Shown one piece after another: positions 34,501 to 50,000 of a stretch of DNA of 64,000 nucleotides (positions within the stretch are counted from its first letter, which is position 1; every line of letters starts with the position of its first letter). The notes under the pieces are model-generated. The model did not search any database and was not told where the DNA came from. It saw only the letters and a program-made list of their open reading frames with translations. The DNA lies in contig OZ024743.1 of assembly GCA_964016885.1 (NCBI GenBank), positions 240,932,001 through 240,996,000 on the forward strand. Reading direction: 5' to 3'. This stretch comes from Eledone cirrhosa (lineage: Eukaryota). Position numbers and translations under genes: made by a program.

Positions 34501-37149
34501 ACAAAACCCTATCACCACCACCTCCAACAACAACATCATCATCACAACCAACAACAAAACCCTATCATTACCACCATCAACAACAACATCATCACAACAC
34601 CCAACAACAAAACACTATCACCACCACCATCAACAACAACATCATCATCACAACCAACAACAAAACCCTATCACCACCACCATCAACAACAACATAATCA
34701 CAACAACCAACAACAAAACCCTATCACCACCACCATCAACAACAACATCATCATCACAACCAACAACAAAACCCTGTCACCACCACCATCAACAACAACA
34801 TCATCATCACAACCAACAACAAAACCCTATCACCACCACCATCAACAACAACATCATCACAAAAACCAACAACAAAACCCTATCACCACCACCATCAACA
34901 ACAACATCATCACAACAACCAACAACAAAACCCTATCACCACCACCATCAACAACAACATCATCACAACAACCAACAACAAAACCCTATCACCACCACCA
35001 TCAAAAACAACATCATCACAACATCCAACAACAAAACCCTATCACCACCATCAACAACAACATCATCATCACAACCAACAACAAAACCCTATCACCACCA
35101 CCATCAACAAAAACATCATCACAACAACCAAAAACAAAACCCTGTCACCACCACCATCAACAACAACGTCATCATCACAACCAACAACAAAACCCTATCA
35201 CCACCACCATCAACAACAACATCATCATCACAACCCACAACAAAACCCTATCACCACCACCATCAACAACAACATCATCATCACAACCAACAACAAAACC
35301 CTATCACCACCACCATCAACAACAACATCATCATCACAACCAACAACAAAACCCCATCACCACCACCATCAACAAAAATATCATCACAACAACCAAAAAC
35401 AAAACCCTATCACCACCACCATCAACAACAACATCATCATCACAACCAACAACAAAACCCTGTCACCACCACCACCATCAACAACAACATCATCATCACA
35501 ACCAACAACAAAACACTATCACCACCACCACCAACAACAACATCATCACAACAACCAACAACAAAACCCTATCACCACCACCATCAACAACAACATCATC
35601 ATCACAACCAACAAAACCCTATCACCACCACCATCAACAAAAACATCATCACAACAACCAAAAAAGAAACCCTATCACCACCACCATCAACAAAAACATC
35701 ATCACAACAACCAACAACAAAACCCTATCACCACCACCATCAACAATAACATCATCATCACAACCAACAACAAAACCCTATCTCCACCACCATCAACAAC
35801 AACATCATCATCACAACCAACAACAAAACCCTATCACCACCACCATCAACAAAAACATCATCACAACAACCAAAAACAAAACCCTATCGCCACCACCGTC
35901 AACAAAAACATCATCACAACAACCAACAACAAAACCCTATCACCACCACCATCAACAACAACATCATCATCACAACCAACAACAAAACCCTATCACCATC
36001 ACCATCAACAACAACATCATCATCACAGCCATCAACAAAACCCTATCACCACCACCATCAACAAAAACATCATCACAACAACCTACAACAAAACACTATC
36101 ACCACCACCATCAACAAAAACATCATCACAACAACCAACAACAAAACGCTATCACCACCACCATCAACAAAAACATCATCATCACAACCAACAACAAAAA
36201 CCTATCACCACCACAACCAACAACAACATCATCACAACAACCAACAACAAAACACTATCACCACCACAACCAACAACAACATCATCACAACAACCAACAA
36301 CAAAACACTATCACCACCACCATCAACAAAAACATCATCACAACAACCTACAACAAAACACTATCACCACCACCATCAACAAAAACATCATCACAACAAC
36401 CAACAACAAAACGCTATCACCACCACCATCAACATAAACATCATCAACACAACCAACAACAAAAACCTATCACCACCACAACCAACAACAACATCATCAC
36501 AACAACCAACAACAAAACACTATCACCACCACCATCAACAACAACATCATCACAACAACCAACAACAAAACCCTATCACCACCACCATCAACAACAACAT
36601 CATCACAACAACGAACAACAAAACCCTATCACCACCACCATCAACAACAACATCATCACAACAACCAACAACAAAACCCTATCACCACCACCATCAACAA
36701 CAACATCATCACAACATCAAACAACAAAACCCTATCACCACCATCAACAACAACATCATCATCACAACCAACAACAAAACCCTATCACCACCACCATCAA
36801 CAACAACATCATCACAACAACCAACAACAAAACACTATCACCACCACCATCAACAACAACATCATCATCACAACCAACAACAAAACCCTATCACCACCAC
36901 CATCAACAACAACATCATCACAACAACCAACAACAAAACCCTATCACCACCACCATCAACAACAACATCATCATCACAACCAACAACAAAACCCTGTCAC
37001 CACCACCATCAACAACAACATCATAATCACAACCAACAACAAAACCCTATCACCACCACCATCAACAACAACATCATCACAACATCCAACAACAAAACCC
37101 TATCACCACCATCAACAACAACATCATCATCACAACCAACAACAAAGCC

Positions 37150-40100
37150 CTATCACCACAACATCAACAAAAACATCATCACAACAACCAACAACAAAAC
37201 CCTATCACCACAACCATCAACAACAACATCATCATCACAACCAACAACAAAACTCTATCACCAACACCATCAACAAAAACATCATCACAACAACCAACAA
37301 CAAAACCCTATCACCACCAGCATCAACAACAACATCATCATCACAACCAACAACAAAACCCTATCACCACCACCATCAACAACAACATCATCACAACAAC
37401 CAACAACAAAACCCTATCACCACCACCATCAACAACAACATCATCATCACAACCAACAACAAAACCCTGTCACCACCACCATCAACAACAACATCATCAT
37501 CACAACCAACAACAAAACCCTATCACCACCACCATCAACAACAACATCATCACAACATCCAACAACAAAACCCTATCACCACCATCAACAACAACATCAT
37601 CAGCACAACCAACAACAAAACCCTATCACCACCACCATCAACAACAACATCATCACAACAACCAACAACAAAACCCTATCACCACCACCATCAACAAAAA
37701 CATCATCACAACAACCAACAACAAAACCCTATCACCACCACCATCAACAACAACATCATCATCACAACCAACAACAAAACCCTATCACCACCACCATCAA
37801 CAACAACATCATCATCACAACCAACAAGAAAACCCTGTCACCACCACCATCATCAACAACATCATCATCACAACCAACAACAAAACCCTATCACCACCAC
37901 CATCAACAACAACATCATCACAACATCCAACAACAAAACCCTATCACCACCATCAACAACAACATCATCATCACAACCAACAACAAAACCCTATCACCAC
38001 CACCATCAACAACAACATCATCATCACAACCAACAACAAAACCCTATCAGCACCACCATCAACAACAACATCATCATCACAACCAACAACAAAACCCTAT
38101 CACCACCACCATCAACAAAATCATCATCACAACAACCAAAAACAAAACCCTATCACCACCACCATCAACAACAACATCATCATCACAACCAACAACAAAA
38201 CTCTATCACCACCACCATCAACAAAAACATCATCACAACAACCAACAACAAAACGCTATCACCACCACCATCAACAAAAACATCATCATCACAACCAACA
38301 ACAAAAACCTATCACCACCACAACCAACAACAACATCATCACAACAACCAACAACAAAACACTATCACCACCACCATCAACAACAACATCATCACAACAA
38401 CCAACAACAAAACCCTATCACCACCACCATCAACAACAACATCATCACAACAACCAACAACAAAACCCTATCACCACCACCATCAACAAAAACATCATCA
38501 CAACAACCTACAACAAAACACTATCACCACCACCATCAACAAAAACATCATCACAACAACCAACAACAAAACGCTATCACCACCACCATCAACAAAAACA
38601 TCATCAACACAACCAACAACAAAAACCTATCACCACCACAACCAACAACAACATCATCACAACAACCAACAACAAAACACTATCACCACCGCCATCAACA
38701 ACAACATCATCACAACAACCAACAACAAAACCCTATCACCACCACCATCAACAACAACATCATCACAACATCCAACAACAAAACCCTATCACCACCATCA
38801 ACAACAACATCACCATCACAACCAACAACAAAACCCTATCACTACCACCATCAACAACAACATCATCACAACAACCAACAACAAAACCCTATCACCACCA
38901 CCACCAACAACAACATCATCATCACAACCAACAACAAAACCCTATCACCACCACCATCAACAACAACATCATCACAACAACCAACAACAAAACACTATCA
39001 CCACCACCATCAACAACAACATCATCATCACAACCAACAACAAAACCCTATCACCACCACCATCAACAACAACATCATCACAACAACCAAAAACAAAACC
39101 CTATCACCACCACCATCAACAACAACATCATCATCACAACCAACAACAAAACCCTGTCACCACCACCATCAACAACAACATCATAATCACAACCAACAAC
39201 AAAACCCTATCACCACCACCATCAACAACAACATCATCAAAACATCCAACAACAAAACCCTATCACCACCATCAACAACAACATCATCATCACAACCAAC
39301 AACAAAACCCTATCACCACCACCATCAACAAAAACATCATCACAACAACCAACAACAAAACCCTATCACCACCACCATCAACAACAACATCATCATCACA
39401 ACCAACAACAAAACCCTATCACCACAACATCAACAAAAACATCATCACAACAACCAACAACAAAACCCTATCACAACCACCATCAACAACAACATCATCA
39501 TCACAACCAACAACAAAACTCTATCACCACCACCATCAACAAAAACATCATCACAACAACCAACAACAAAACCCTATCACCACCACCATCAACAACAACA
39601 TCATCATCACAACCAACAACAAAACCCTATCACCACCACCATCAACAACAACATCATCACAACAACCAACAACAAAACCCTATCACCACCACCATCAACA
39701 ACAACATCATCATCACAACCAACAACAAAACCCTATCACCACCACCATCAACAACAACATCATCACAACAACCAACAACAAAACCCTATCACCACCACCA
39801 TCAACAAAAACATCATCACAACAACCAACAACAAAACCCTATCACCACCACCATCAACAACAACATCATCATCACAACCAACAACAAAACCCTATCACCA
39901 CCACCATCAACAACAACATCATCACAACAACCAACAACAAAACCCTATCACCACCACCATCAACAACAACATCATCATCACAACCAACAACAAAACCCTG
40001 TCACCACCACCATCATCAACAACATCATCATCACAACCAACAACAAAACCCTATCACCACCACCATCAACAACAACATCATCACAACATCCAACAACAAA

Positions 40101-43100
40101 ACCCTATCAACACCATCAACAACAACATCATCATCACAACCAACACCAAAACCCTATCACCACCACCATCAACAACAACATCATCATCACAACCAACAAC
40201 AAAACCCTATCACCACAACATCAACAAAAACATCATCACAACAACCAACAACAAAACCCTATCACCACAACCATCAACAACAACATCATCATCACAACCA
40301 ACAACAAAACTCTATCACCAACACCATCAACAAAAACATCATCACAACAACCAACAACAAAACCCTATCACCACCACCATCAACAACAACATCATCATCA
40401 CAACCAACAACAAAACCCTATCACCACCACCATCAACAACAACATCATCACAACAACCAACAACAAAACCCTATCACCACCACCATCAACAACAACATCA
40501 TCATCACAACCAACAACAAAACCCTGTCACCACCACCATCAACAACAACATCATCATCACAACCAACAACAAAATCCTATCACCACCACCATCAACAACA
40601 ACATCATCACAACATCCAACAACAAAACCCTATCACCACCATCAACAACAACATCATCAGCACAACCAACAACAAAACCCTATCACCACCACCATCAACA
40701 ACAACATCATCACAACAACCAACAACAAAACCCTATCACCACCACCATCAACAAAAACATCATCACAACAACCAACAACAAAACCCTATCACCACCACCA
40801 TCAACAACAACATCATCATCACAACCAACAACAAAACCCTATCACCACCACCATCAACAACAACATCATCATCACAACCAACAAGAAAACCCTGTCACCA
40901 CCACCATCATCAACAACATCATCATCACAACCAACAACAAAACCCTATCACCACCACCATCAACAACAACATCATCACAACATCCAACAACAAAACCCTA
41001 TCACCACCATCAACAACAACATCATCATCACAACCAACAACAAAACCCTATCACCACCACCATCAACAACAACATCATCATCACAACCAACAACAAAACC
41101 CTATCACCACCACCATCAACAACAACATCATCATCACAACCAACAACAAAACCCTATCACCACCACCATCAACAAAATCATCATCACAACAACCAAAAAC
41201 AAAACCCTATCACCACCACCATCAACAACAACATCATCATCACAACCAACAACAAAACTCTATCACCACCACCATCAACAAAAACATCATCACAACAACC
41301 AACAACAAAACGCTATCACCACCACCATCAACAAAAACATCATCATCACAACCAACAACAAAAACCTATCACCACCACAACCAACAACAACATCATCACA
41401 ACAACCAACAACAAAACCCTATCACCACCACCATCAACAACAACATCATCACAACATCAAACAACAAAACCCTATCACCACCATCAACAACAACATCATC
41501 ATCACAACCAACAACAAAACCCTATCACCACCACCATCAACAACAACATCATCACAACAACCAACAACAAAACCCTATCACCACCACCACCAACAACAAC
41601 ATCATCATCACAAACAACAACAAAACCCTATCACCACCACCATCAACAAAAACATCATCACAACAACCAACAACAAAACCCTATCACCACCACCATCAAC
41701 AACAACATCATCATCACAACCAACAACAAAACCCTATCACCACCACCATCAACAACAACATCATCATCACAACCAACAAGAAAACCCTGTCACCACCACC
41801 ATCATCAACAACATCATCATCACAACCAACAACAAAACCCTATCACCACCACCATCAACAACAACATCATCACAACATCCAACAACAAAACCCTATCACC
41901 ACCATCAACAACAACATCATCATCACAACCAACAACAAAACCCTATCACCACCACCATCAACAACAACATCATCATCACAACCAACAACAAAACCCTATC
42001 ACCACCACCATCAACAACAACATCATCATCACAACCAACAACAAAACCCTATCACCACCACCATCAACAAAATCATCATCACAACAACCAAAAACAAAAC
42101 CCTATCACCACCACCATCAACAACAACATCATCATCACAACCAACAACAAAACTCTATCACCACCACCATCAACAAAAACATCATCACAACAACCAACAA
42201 CAAAACGCTATCACCACCACCATCAACAAAAACATCATCATCACAACCAACAACAAAAACCTATCACCACCACAACCAACAACAACATCATCACAACAAC
42301 CAACAACAAAACACTATCACCACCACCATCAACAACAACATCATCACAACAACCAACAACAAAACCCTATCACCACCACCATCAACAACAACATCATCAC
42401 AACAACCAACAACAAAACCCTATCACCACCACCATCAACAAAAACATCATCACAACAACCTACAACAAAACACTATCACCACCACCATCAACAAAAACAT
42501 CATCACAACAACCAACAACAAAACGCTATCACCACCACCATCAACAAAAACATCATCAACACAACCAACAACAAAAACCTATCACCACCACAACCAACAA
42601 CAACATCATCACAACAACCAACAACAAAACACTATCACCACCACCATCAACAACAACATCATCACAACAACCAACAACAAAACCCTATCACCACCACCAT
42701 CAACAACAACATCATCACAACATCCAACAACAAAACCCTATCACCACCATCAACAACAACATCACCATCACAACCAACAACAAAACCCTATCACTACCAC
42801 CATCAACAACAACATCATCACAACAACCAACAACAAAACCCTATCACCACCACCACCAACAACAACATCATCATCACAACCAACAACAAAACCCTATCAC
42901 CACCACCATCAACAACAACATCATCACAACAACCAACAACAAAACACTATCACCACCACCATCAACAACAACATCATCATCACAACCAACAACAAAACCC
43001 TATCACCACCACCATCAACAACAACATCATCACAACAACCAACAACAAAACCCTATCACCACCACCATCAACAACAACATCATCATCACAACCAACAACA

Positions 43101-46100
43101 AAACCCTGTCACCACCACCATCAACAACAACATCATAATCACAACCAACAACAAAACCCTATCACCACCACCATCAACAACAACATCATCAAAACATCCA
43201 ACAACAAAACCCTATCACCACCATCAACAACAACATCATCATCACAACCAACAACAAAACCCTATCACCACCACCATCAACAAAAACATCATCACAACAA
43301 CCAACAACAAAACCCTATCACCACCACCATCAACAACAACATCATCATCACAACCAACAACAAAACCCTATCACCACAACATCAACAAAAACATCATCAC
43401 AACAACCAACAACAAAACCCTATCACAACCACCATCAACAACAACATCATCATCACAACCAACAACAAAACTCTATCACCACCACCATCAACAAAAACAT
43501 CATCACAACAACCAACAACAAAACCCTATCACCACCACCATCAACAACAACATCATCATCACAACCAACAACAAAACCCTATCACCACCACCATCAACAA
43601 CAACATCATCACAACAACCAACAACAAAACCCTATCACCACCACCATCAACAACAACATCATCATCACAACCAACAACAAAACCCTATCACCACCACCAT
43701 CAACAACAACATCATCACAACAACCAACAACAAAACCCTATCACCACCACCATCAACAAAAACATCATCACAACAACCAACAACAAAACCCTATCACCAC
43801 CACCATCAACAACAACATCATCATCACAACCAACAACAAAACCCTATCACCACCACCATCAACAACAACATCATCACAACAACCAACAACAAAACCCTAT
43901 CACCACCACCATCAACAACAACATCATCATCACAACCAACAACAAAACCCTGTCACCACCACCATCATCAACAACATCATCATCACAACCAACAACAAAA
44001 CCCTATCACCACCACCATCAACAACAACATCATCACAACATCCAACAACAAAACCCTATCAACACCATCAACAACAACATCATCATCACAACCAACACCA
44101 AAACCCTATCACCACCACCATCAACAACAACATCATCATCACAACCAACAACAAAACCCTATCACCACAACATCAACAAAAACATCATCACAACAACCAA
44201 CAACAAAACCCTATCACCACAACCATCAACAACAACATCATCATCACAACCAACAACAAAACTCTATCACCAACACCATCAACAAAAACATCATCACAAC
44301 AACCAACAACAAAACCCTATCACCACCACCATCAACAACAACATCATCATCACAACCAACAACAAAACCCTATCACCACCACCATCAACAACAACATCAT
44401 CACAACAACCAACAACAAAACCCTATCACCACCACCATCAACAACAACATCATCATCACAACCAACAACAAAACCCTGTCACCACCACCATCAACAACAA
44501 CATCATCATCACAACCAACAACAAAATCCTATCACCACCACCATCAACAACAACATCATCACAACATCCAACAACAAAACCCTATCACCACCATCAACAA
44601 CAACATCATCAGCACAACCAACAACAAAACCCTATCACCACCACCATCAACAACAACATCATCACAACAACCAACAACAAAACCCTATCACCACCACCAT
44701 CAACAAAAACATCATCACAACAACCAACAACAAAACCCTATCACCACCACCATCAACAACAACATCATCATCACAACCAACAACAAAACCCTATCACCAC
44801 CACCATCAACAACAACATCATCATCACAACCAACAAGAAAACCCTGTCACCACCACCATCATCAACAACATCATCATCACAACCAACAACAAAACCATAT
44901 CACCACCACCATCAACAACAACATCATCACAACATCCAACAACAAAACCCTATCACCACCATCAACAACAACATCATCATCACAACCAACAACAAAACCC
45001 TATCACCACCACCATCAACAACAACATCATCATCACAACCAACAACAAAACCCTATCACCACCACCATCAACAACAACATCATCATCACAACCAACAACA
45101 AAACCCTATCACCACCACCATCAACAAAATCATCATCACAACAACCAAAAACAAAACCCTATCACCACCACCATCAACAACAACATCATCATCACAACCA
45201 ACAACAAAACTCTATCACCACCACCATCAACAAAAACATCATCACAACAACCAACAACAAAACGCTATCACCACCACCATCAACAAAAACATCATCATCA
45301 CAACCAACAACAAAAACCTATCACCACCACAACCAACAACAACATCATCACAACAACCAACAACAAAACACTATCACCACCACCATCAACAACAACATCA
45401 TCACAACAACCAACAACAAAACCCTATCACCACCACCATCAACAACAACATCATCACAACAACCAACAACAAAACCCTATCACCACCACCATCAACAAAA
45501 ACATCATCACAACAACCTACAACAAAACACTATCACCACCACCATCAACAAAAACATCATCACAACAACCAACAACAAAACGCTATCACCACCACCATCA
45601 ACAAAAACATCATCAACACAACCAACAACAAAAACCTATCACCACCACAACCAACAACAACATCATCACAACAACCAACAACAAAACACTATCACCACCA
45701 CCATCAACAACAACATCATCACAACAACCAACAACAAAACCCTATCACCACCACCATCAACAACAACATCATCACAACATCCAACAACAAAACCCTATCA
45801 CCACCATCAACAACAACATCACCATCACAACCAACAACAAAACCCTATCACTACCACCATCAACAACAACATCATCATCACAACCAACAACAAAACCCTG
45901 TCACCACCACCATCAACAACAACATCATAATCACAACCAACAACAAAACCCTATCACCACCACCATCAACAACAACATCATCAAAACATCCAACAACAAA
46001 ACCCTATCACCACCATCAACAACAACATCATCATCACAACCAACAACAAAACCCTATCACCACCACCATCAACAAAAACATCATCACAACAACCAACAAC

Positions 46101-49100
46101 AAAACCCTATCACCACCACCATCAACAACAACATCATCATCACAACCAACAACAAAACCCTATCACCACAACATCAACAAAAACATCATCACAACAACCA
46201 ACAACAAAACCCTATCACAACCACCATCAACAACAACATCATCATCACAACCAACAACAAAACTCTATCACCACCACCATCAACAAAAACATCATCACAA
46301 CAACCAACAACAAAACCCTATCACCACCACCATCAACAACAACATCATCATCACAACCAACAACAAAACCCTATCACCACCACCATCAACAACAACATCA
46401 TCACAACAACCAACAACAAAACCCTATCACCACCACCATCAACAACAACATCATCATCACAACCAACAACAAAACCCTATCACCACCACCATCAACAACA
46501 ACATCATCACAACAACCAACAACAAAACCCTATCACCACCACCATCAACAAAAACATCATCACAACAACCAACAACAAAACCCTATCACCACCACCATCA
46601 ACAACAACATCATCATCACAACCAACAACAAAACCCTATCACCACCACCATCAACAACAACATCATCACAACAACCAACAACAAAACCCTATCACCACCA
46701 CCATCAACAACAACATCATCATCACAACCAACAACAAAACCCTGTCACCACCACCATCATCAACAACATCATCATCACAACCAACAACAAAACCCTATCA
46801 CCACCACCATCAACAACAACATCATCACAACATCCAACAACAAAACCCTATCAACACCATCAACAACAACATCATCATCACAACCAACACCAAAACCCTA
46901 TCACCACCACCATCAACAACAACATCATCATCACAACCAACAACAAAACCCTATCACCACAACATCAACAAAAACATCATCACAACAACCAACAACAAAA
47001 CCCTATCACCACAACCATCAACAACAACATCATCATCACAACCAACAACAAAACTCTATCACCAACACCATCAACAAAAACATCATCACAACAACCAACA
47101 ACAAAACCCTATCACCACCACCATCAACAACAACATCATCATCACAACCAACAACAAAACCCTATCACCACCACCATCAACAACAACATCATCACAACAA
47201 CCAACAACAAAACCCTATCACCACCACCATCAACAACAACATCATCATCACAACCAACAACAAAACCCTGTCACCACCACCATCAACAACAACATCATCA
47301 TCACAACCAACAACAAAATCCTATCACCACCACCATCAACAACAACATCATCACAACATCCAACAACAAAACCCTATCACCACCATCAACAACAACATCA
47401 TCAGCACAACCAACAACAAAACCCTATCACCACCACCATCAACAACAACATCATCACAACAACCAACAACAAAACCCTATCACCACCACCATCAACAAAA
47501 ACATCATCACAACAACCAACAACAAAACCCTATCACCACCACCATCAACAACAACATCATCATCACAACCAACAACAAAACCCTATCACCACCACCATCA
47601 ACAACAACATCATCATCACAACCAACAAGAAAACCCTGTCACCACCACCATCATCAACAACATCATCATCACAACCAACAACAAAACCATATCACCACCA
47701 CCATCAACAACAACATCATCACAACATCCAACAACAAAACCCTATCACCACCATCAACAACAACATCATCATCACAACCAACAACAAAACCCTATCACCA
47801 CCACCATCAACAACAACATCATCATCACAACCAACAACAAAACCCTATCACCACCACCATCAACAACAACATCATCATCACAACCAACAACAAAACCCTA
47901 TCACCACCACCATCAACAAAATCATCATCACAACAACCAAAAACAAAACCCTATCACCACCACCATCAACAACAACATCATCATCACAACCAACAACAAA
48001 ACTCTATCACCACCACCATCAACAAAAACATCATCACAACAACCAACAACAAAACGCTATCACCACCACCATCAACAAAAACATCATCATCACAACCAAC
48101 AACAAAAACCTATCACCACCACAACCAACAACAACATCATCACAACAACCAACAACAAAACACTATCACCACCACCATCAACAACAACATCATCACAACA
48201 ACCAACAACAAAACCCTATCACCACCACCATCAACAACAACATCATCACAACAACCAACAACAAAACCCTATCACCACCACCATCAACAAAAACATCATC
48301 ACAACAACCTACAACAAAACACTATCACCACCACCATCAACAAAAACATCATCACAACAACCAACAACAAAACGCTATCACCACCACCATCAACAAAAAC
48401 ATCATCAACACAACCAACAACAAAAACCTATCACCACCACAACCAACAACAACATCATCACAACAACCAACAACAAAACACTATCACCACCACCATCAAC
48501 AACAACATCATCACAACAACCAACAACAAAACCCTATCACCACCACCATCAACAACAACATCATCACAACATCCAACAACAAAACCCTATCACCACCATC
48601 AACAACAACATCACCATCACAACCAACAACAAAACCCTATCACTACCACCATCAACAACAACATCATCACAACAACCAACAACAAAACCCTATCACCACC
48701 ACCACCAACAACAACATCATCATCACAACCAACAACAAAACCCTATCACCACCACCATCAACAACAACATCATCACAACAACCAACAACAAAACACTATC
48801 ACCACCACCATCAACAACAACATCATCATCACAACCAACAACAAAACCCTATCACCACCACCATCAACAACAACATCATCACAACAACCAACAACAAAAC
48901 CCTATCACCACCACCATCAACAACAACATCATCATCACAACCAACAACAAAACCCTGTCACCACCACCATCAACAACAACATCATAATCACAACCAACAA
49001 CAAAACCCTATCACCACCACCATCAACAACAACATCATCAAAACATCCAACAACAAAACCCTATCACCACCATCAACAACAACATCATCATCACAACCAA

Positions 49101-50000
49101 CAACAAAACCCTATCACCACCACCATCAACAAAAACATCATCACAACAACCAACAACAAAACCCTATCACCACCACCATCAACAACAACATCATCATCAC
49201 AACCAACAACAAAACCCTATCACCACAACATCAACAAAAACATCATCACAACAACCAACAACAAAACCCTATCACAACCACCATCAACAACAACATCATC
49301 ATCACAACCAACAACAAAACTCTATCACCACCACCATCAACAAAAACATCATCACAACAACCAACAACAAAACCCTATCACCACCACCATCAACAACAAC
49401 ATCATCATCACAACCAACAACAAAACCCTATCACCACCACCATCAACAACAACATCATCACAACAACCAACAACAAAACCCTATCACCACCACCATCAAC
49501 AACAACATCATCATCACAACAACAACAAAACCCTATCACCACCACCATCAACAACAACATCATCACAACAACCAACAACAAAACCCTATCACCACCACCA
49601 TCAACAAAAACATCATCACAACAACCAACAACAAAACCCTATCACCACCACCATCAACAACAACATCATCATCACAACCAACAACAAAACCCTATCACCA
49701 CCACCATCAACAACAACATCATCACAACAACCAACAACAAAACCCTATCACCACCACCATCAACAACAACATCATCATCACAACCAACAACAAAACCCTG
49801 TCACCACCACCATCATCAACAACATCATCATCACAACCAACAACAAAACCCTATCACCACCACCATCAACAACAACATCATCACAACATCCAACAACAAA
49901 ACCCTATCAACACCATCAACAACAACATCATCATCACAACCAACACCAAAACCCTATCACCACCACCATCAACAACAACATCATCATCACAACCAACAAC
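37150..50000 (+). repeat. 3,057-bp higher-order repeat (58 monomers), about 4 copies with indel variants
   Basis: G of aagaaaac at 37828, 40885, 41780, 44837 and 47629 (spacings 3057, 895, 3057, 2792). actac at 38841, 42793, 45850 and 48642. 58x53 minus five 3-bp and two 1-bp shortenings equals 3057. Confidence 0.8.

Noticed and set aside
31343-35749. 543-aa and 799-aa ORFs
   Set aside because: Both begin at the ccGTGt monomer variant, the same artefact. Other parts of the array are similarly stop-poor but lack a start codon.
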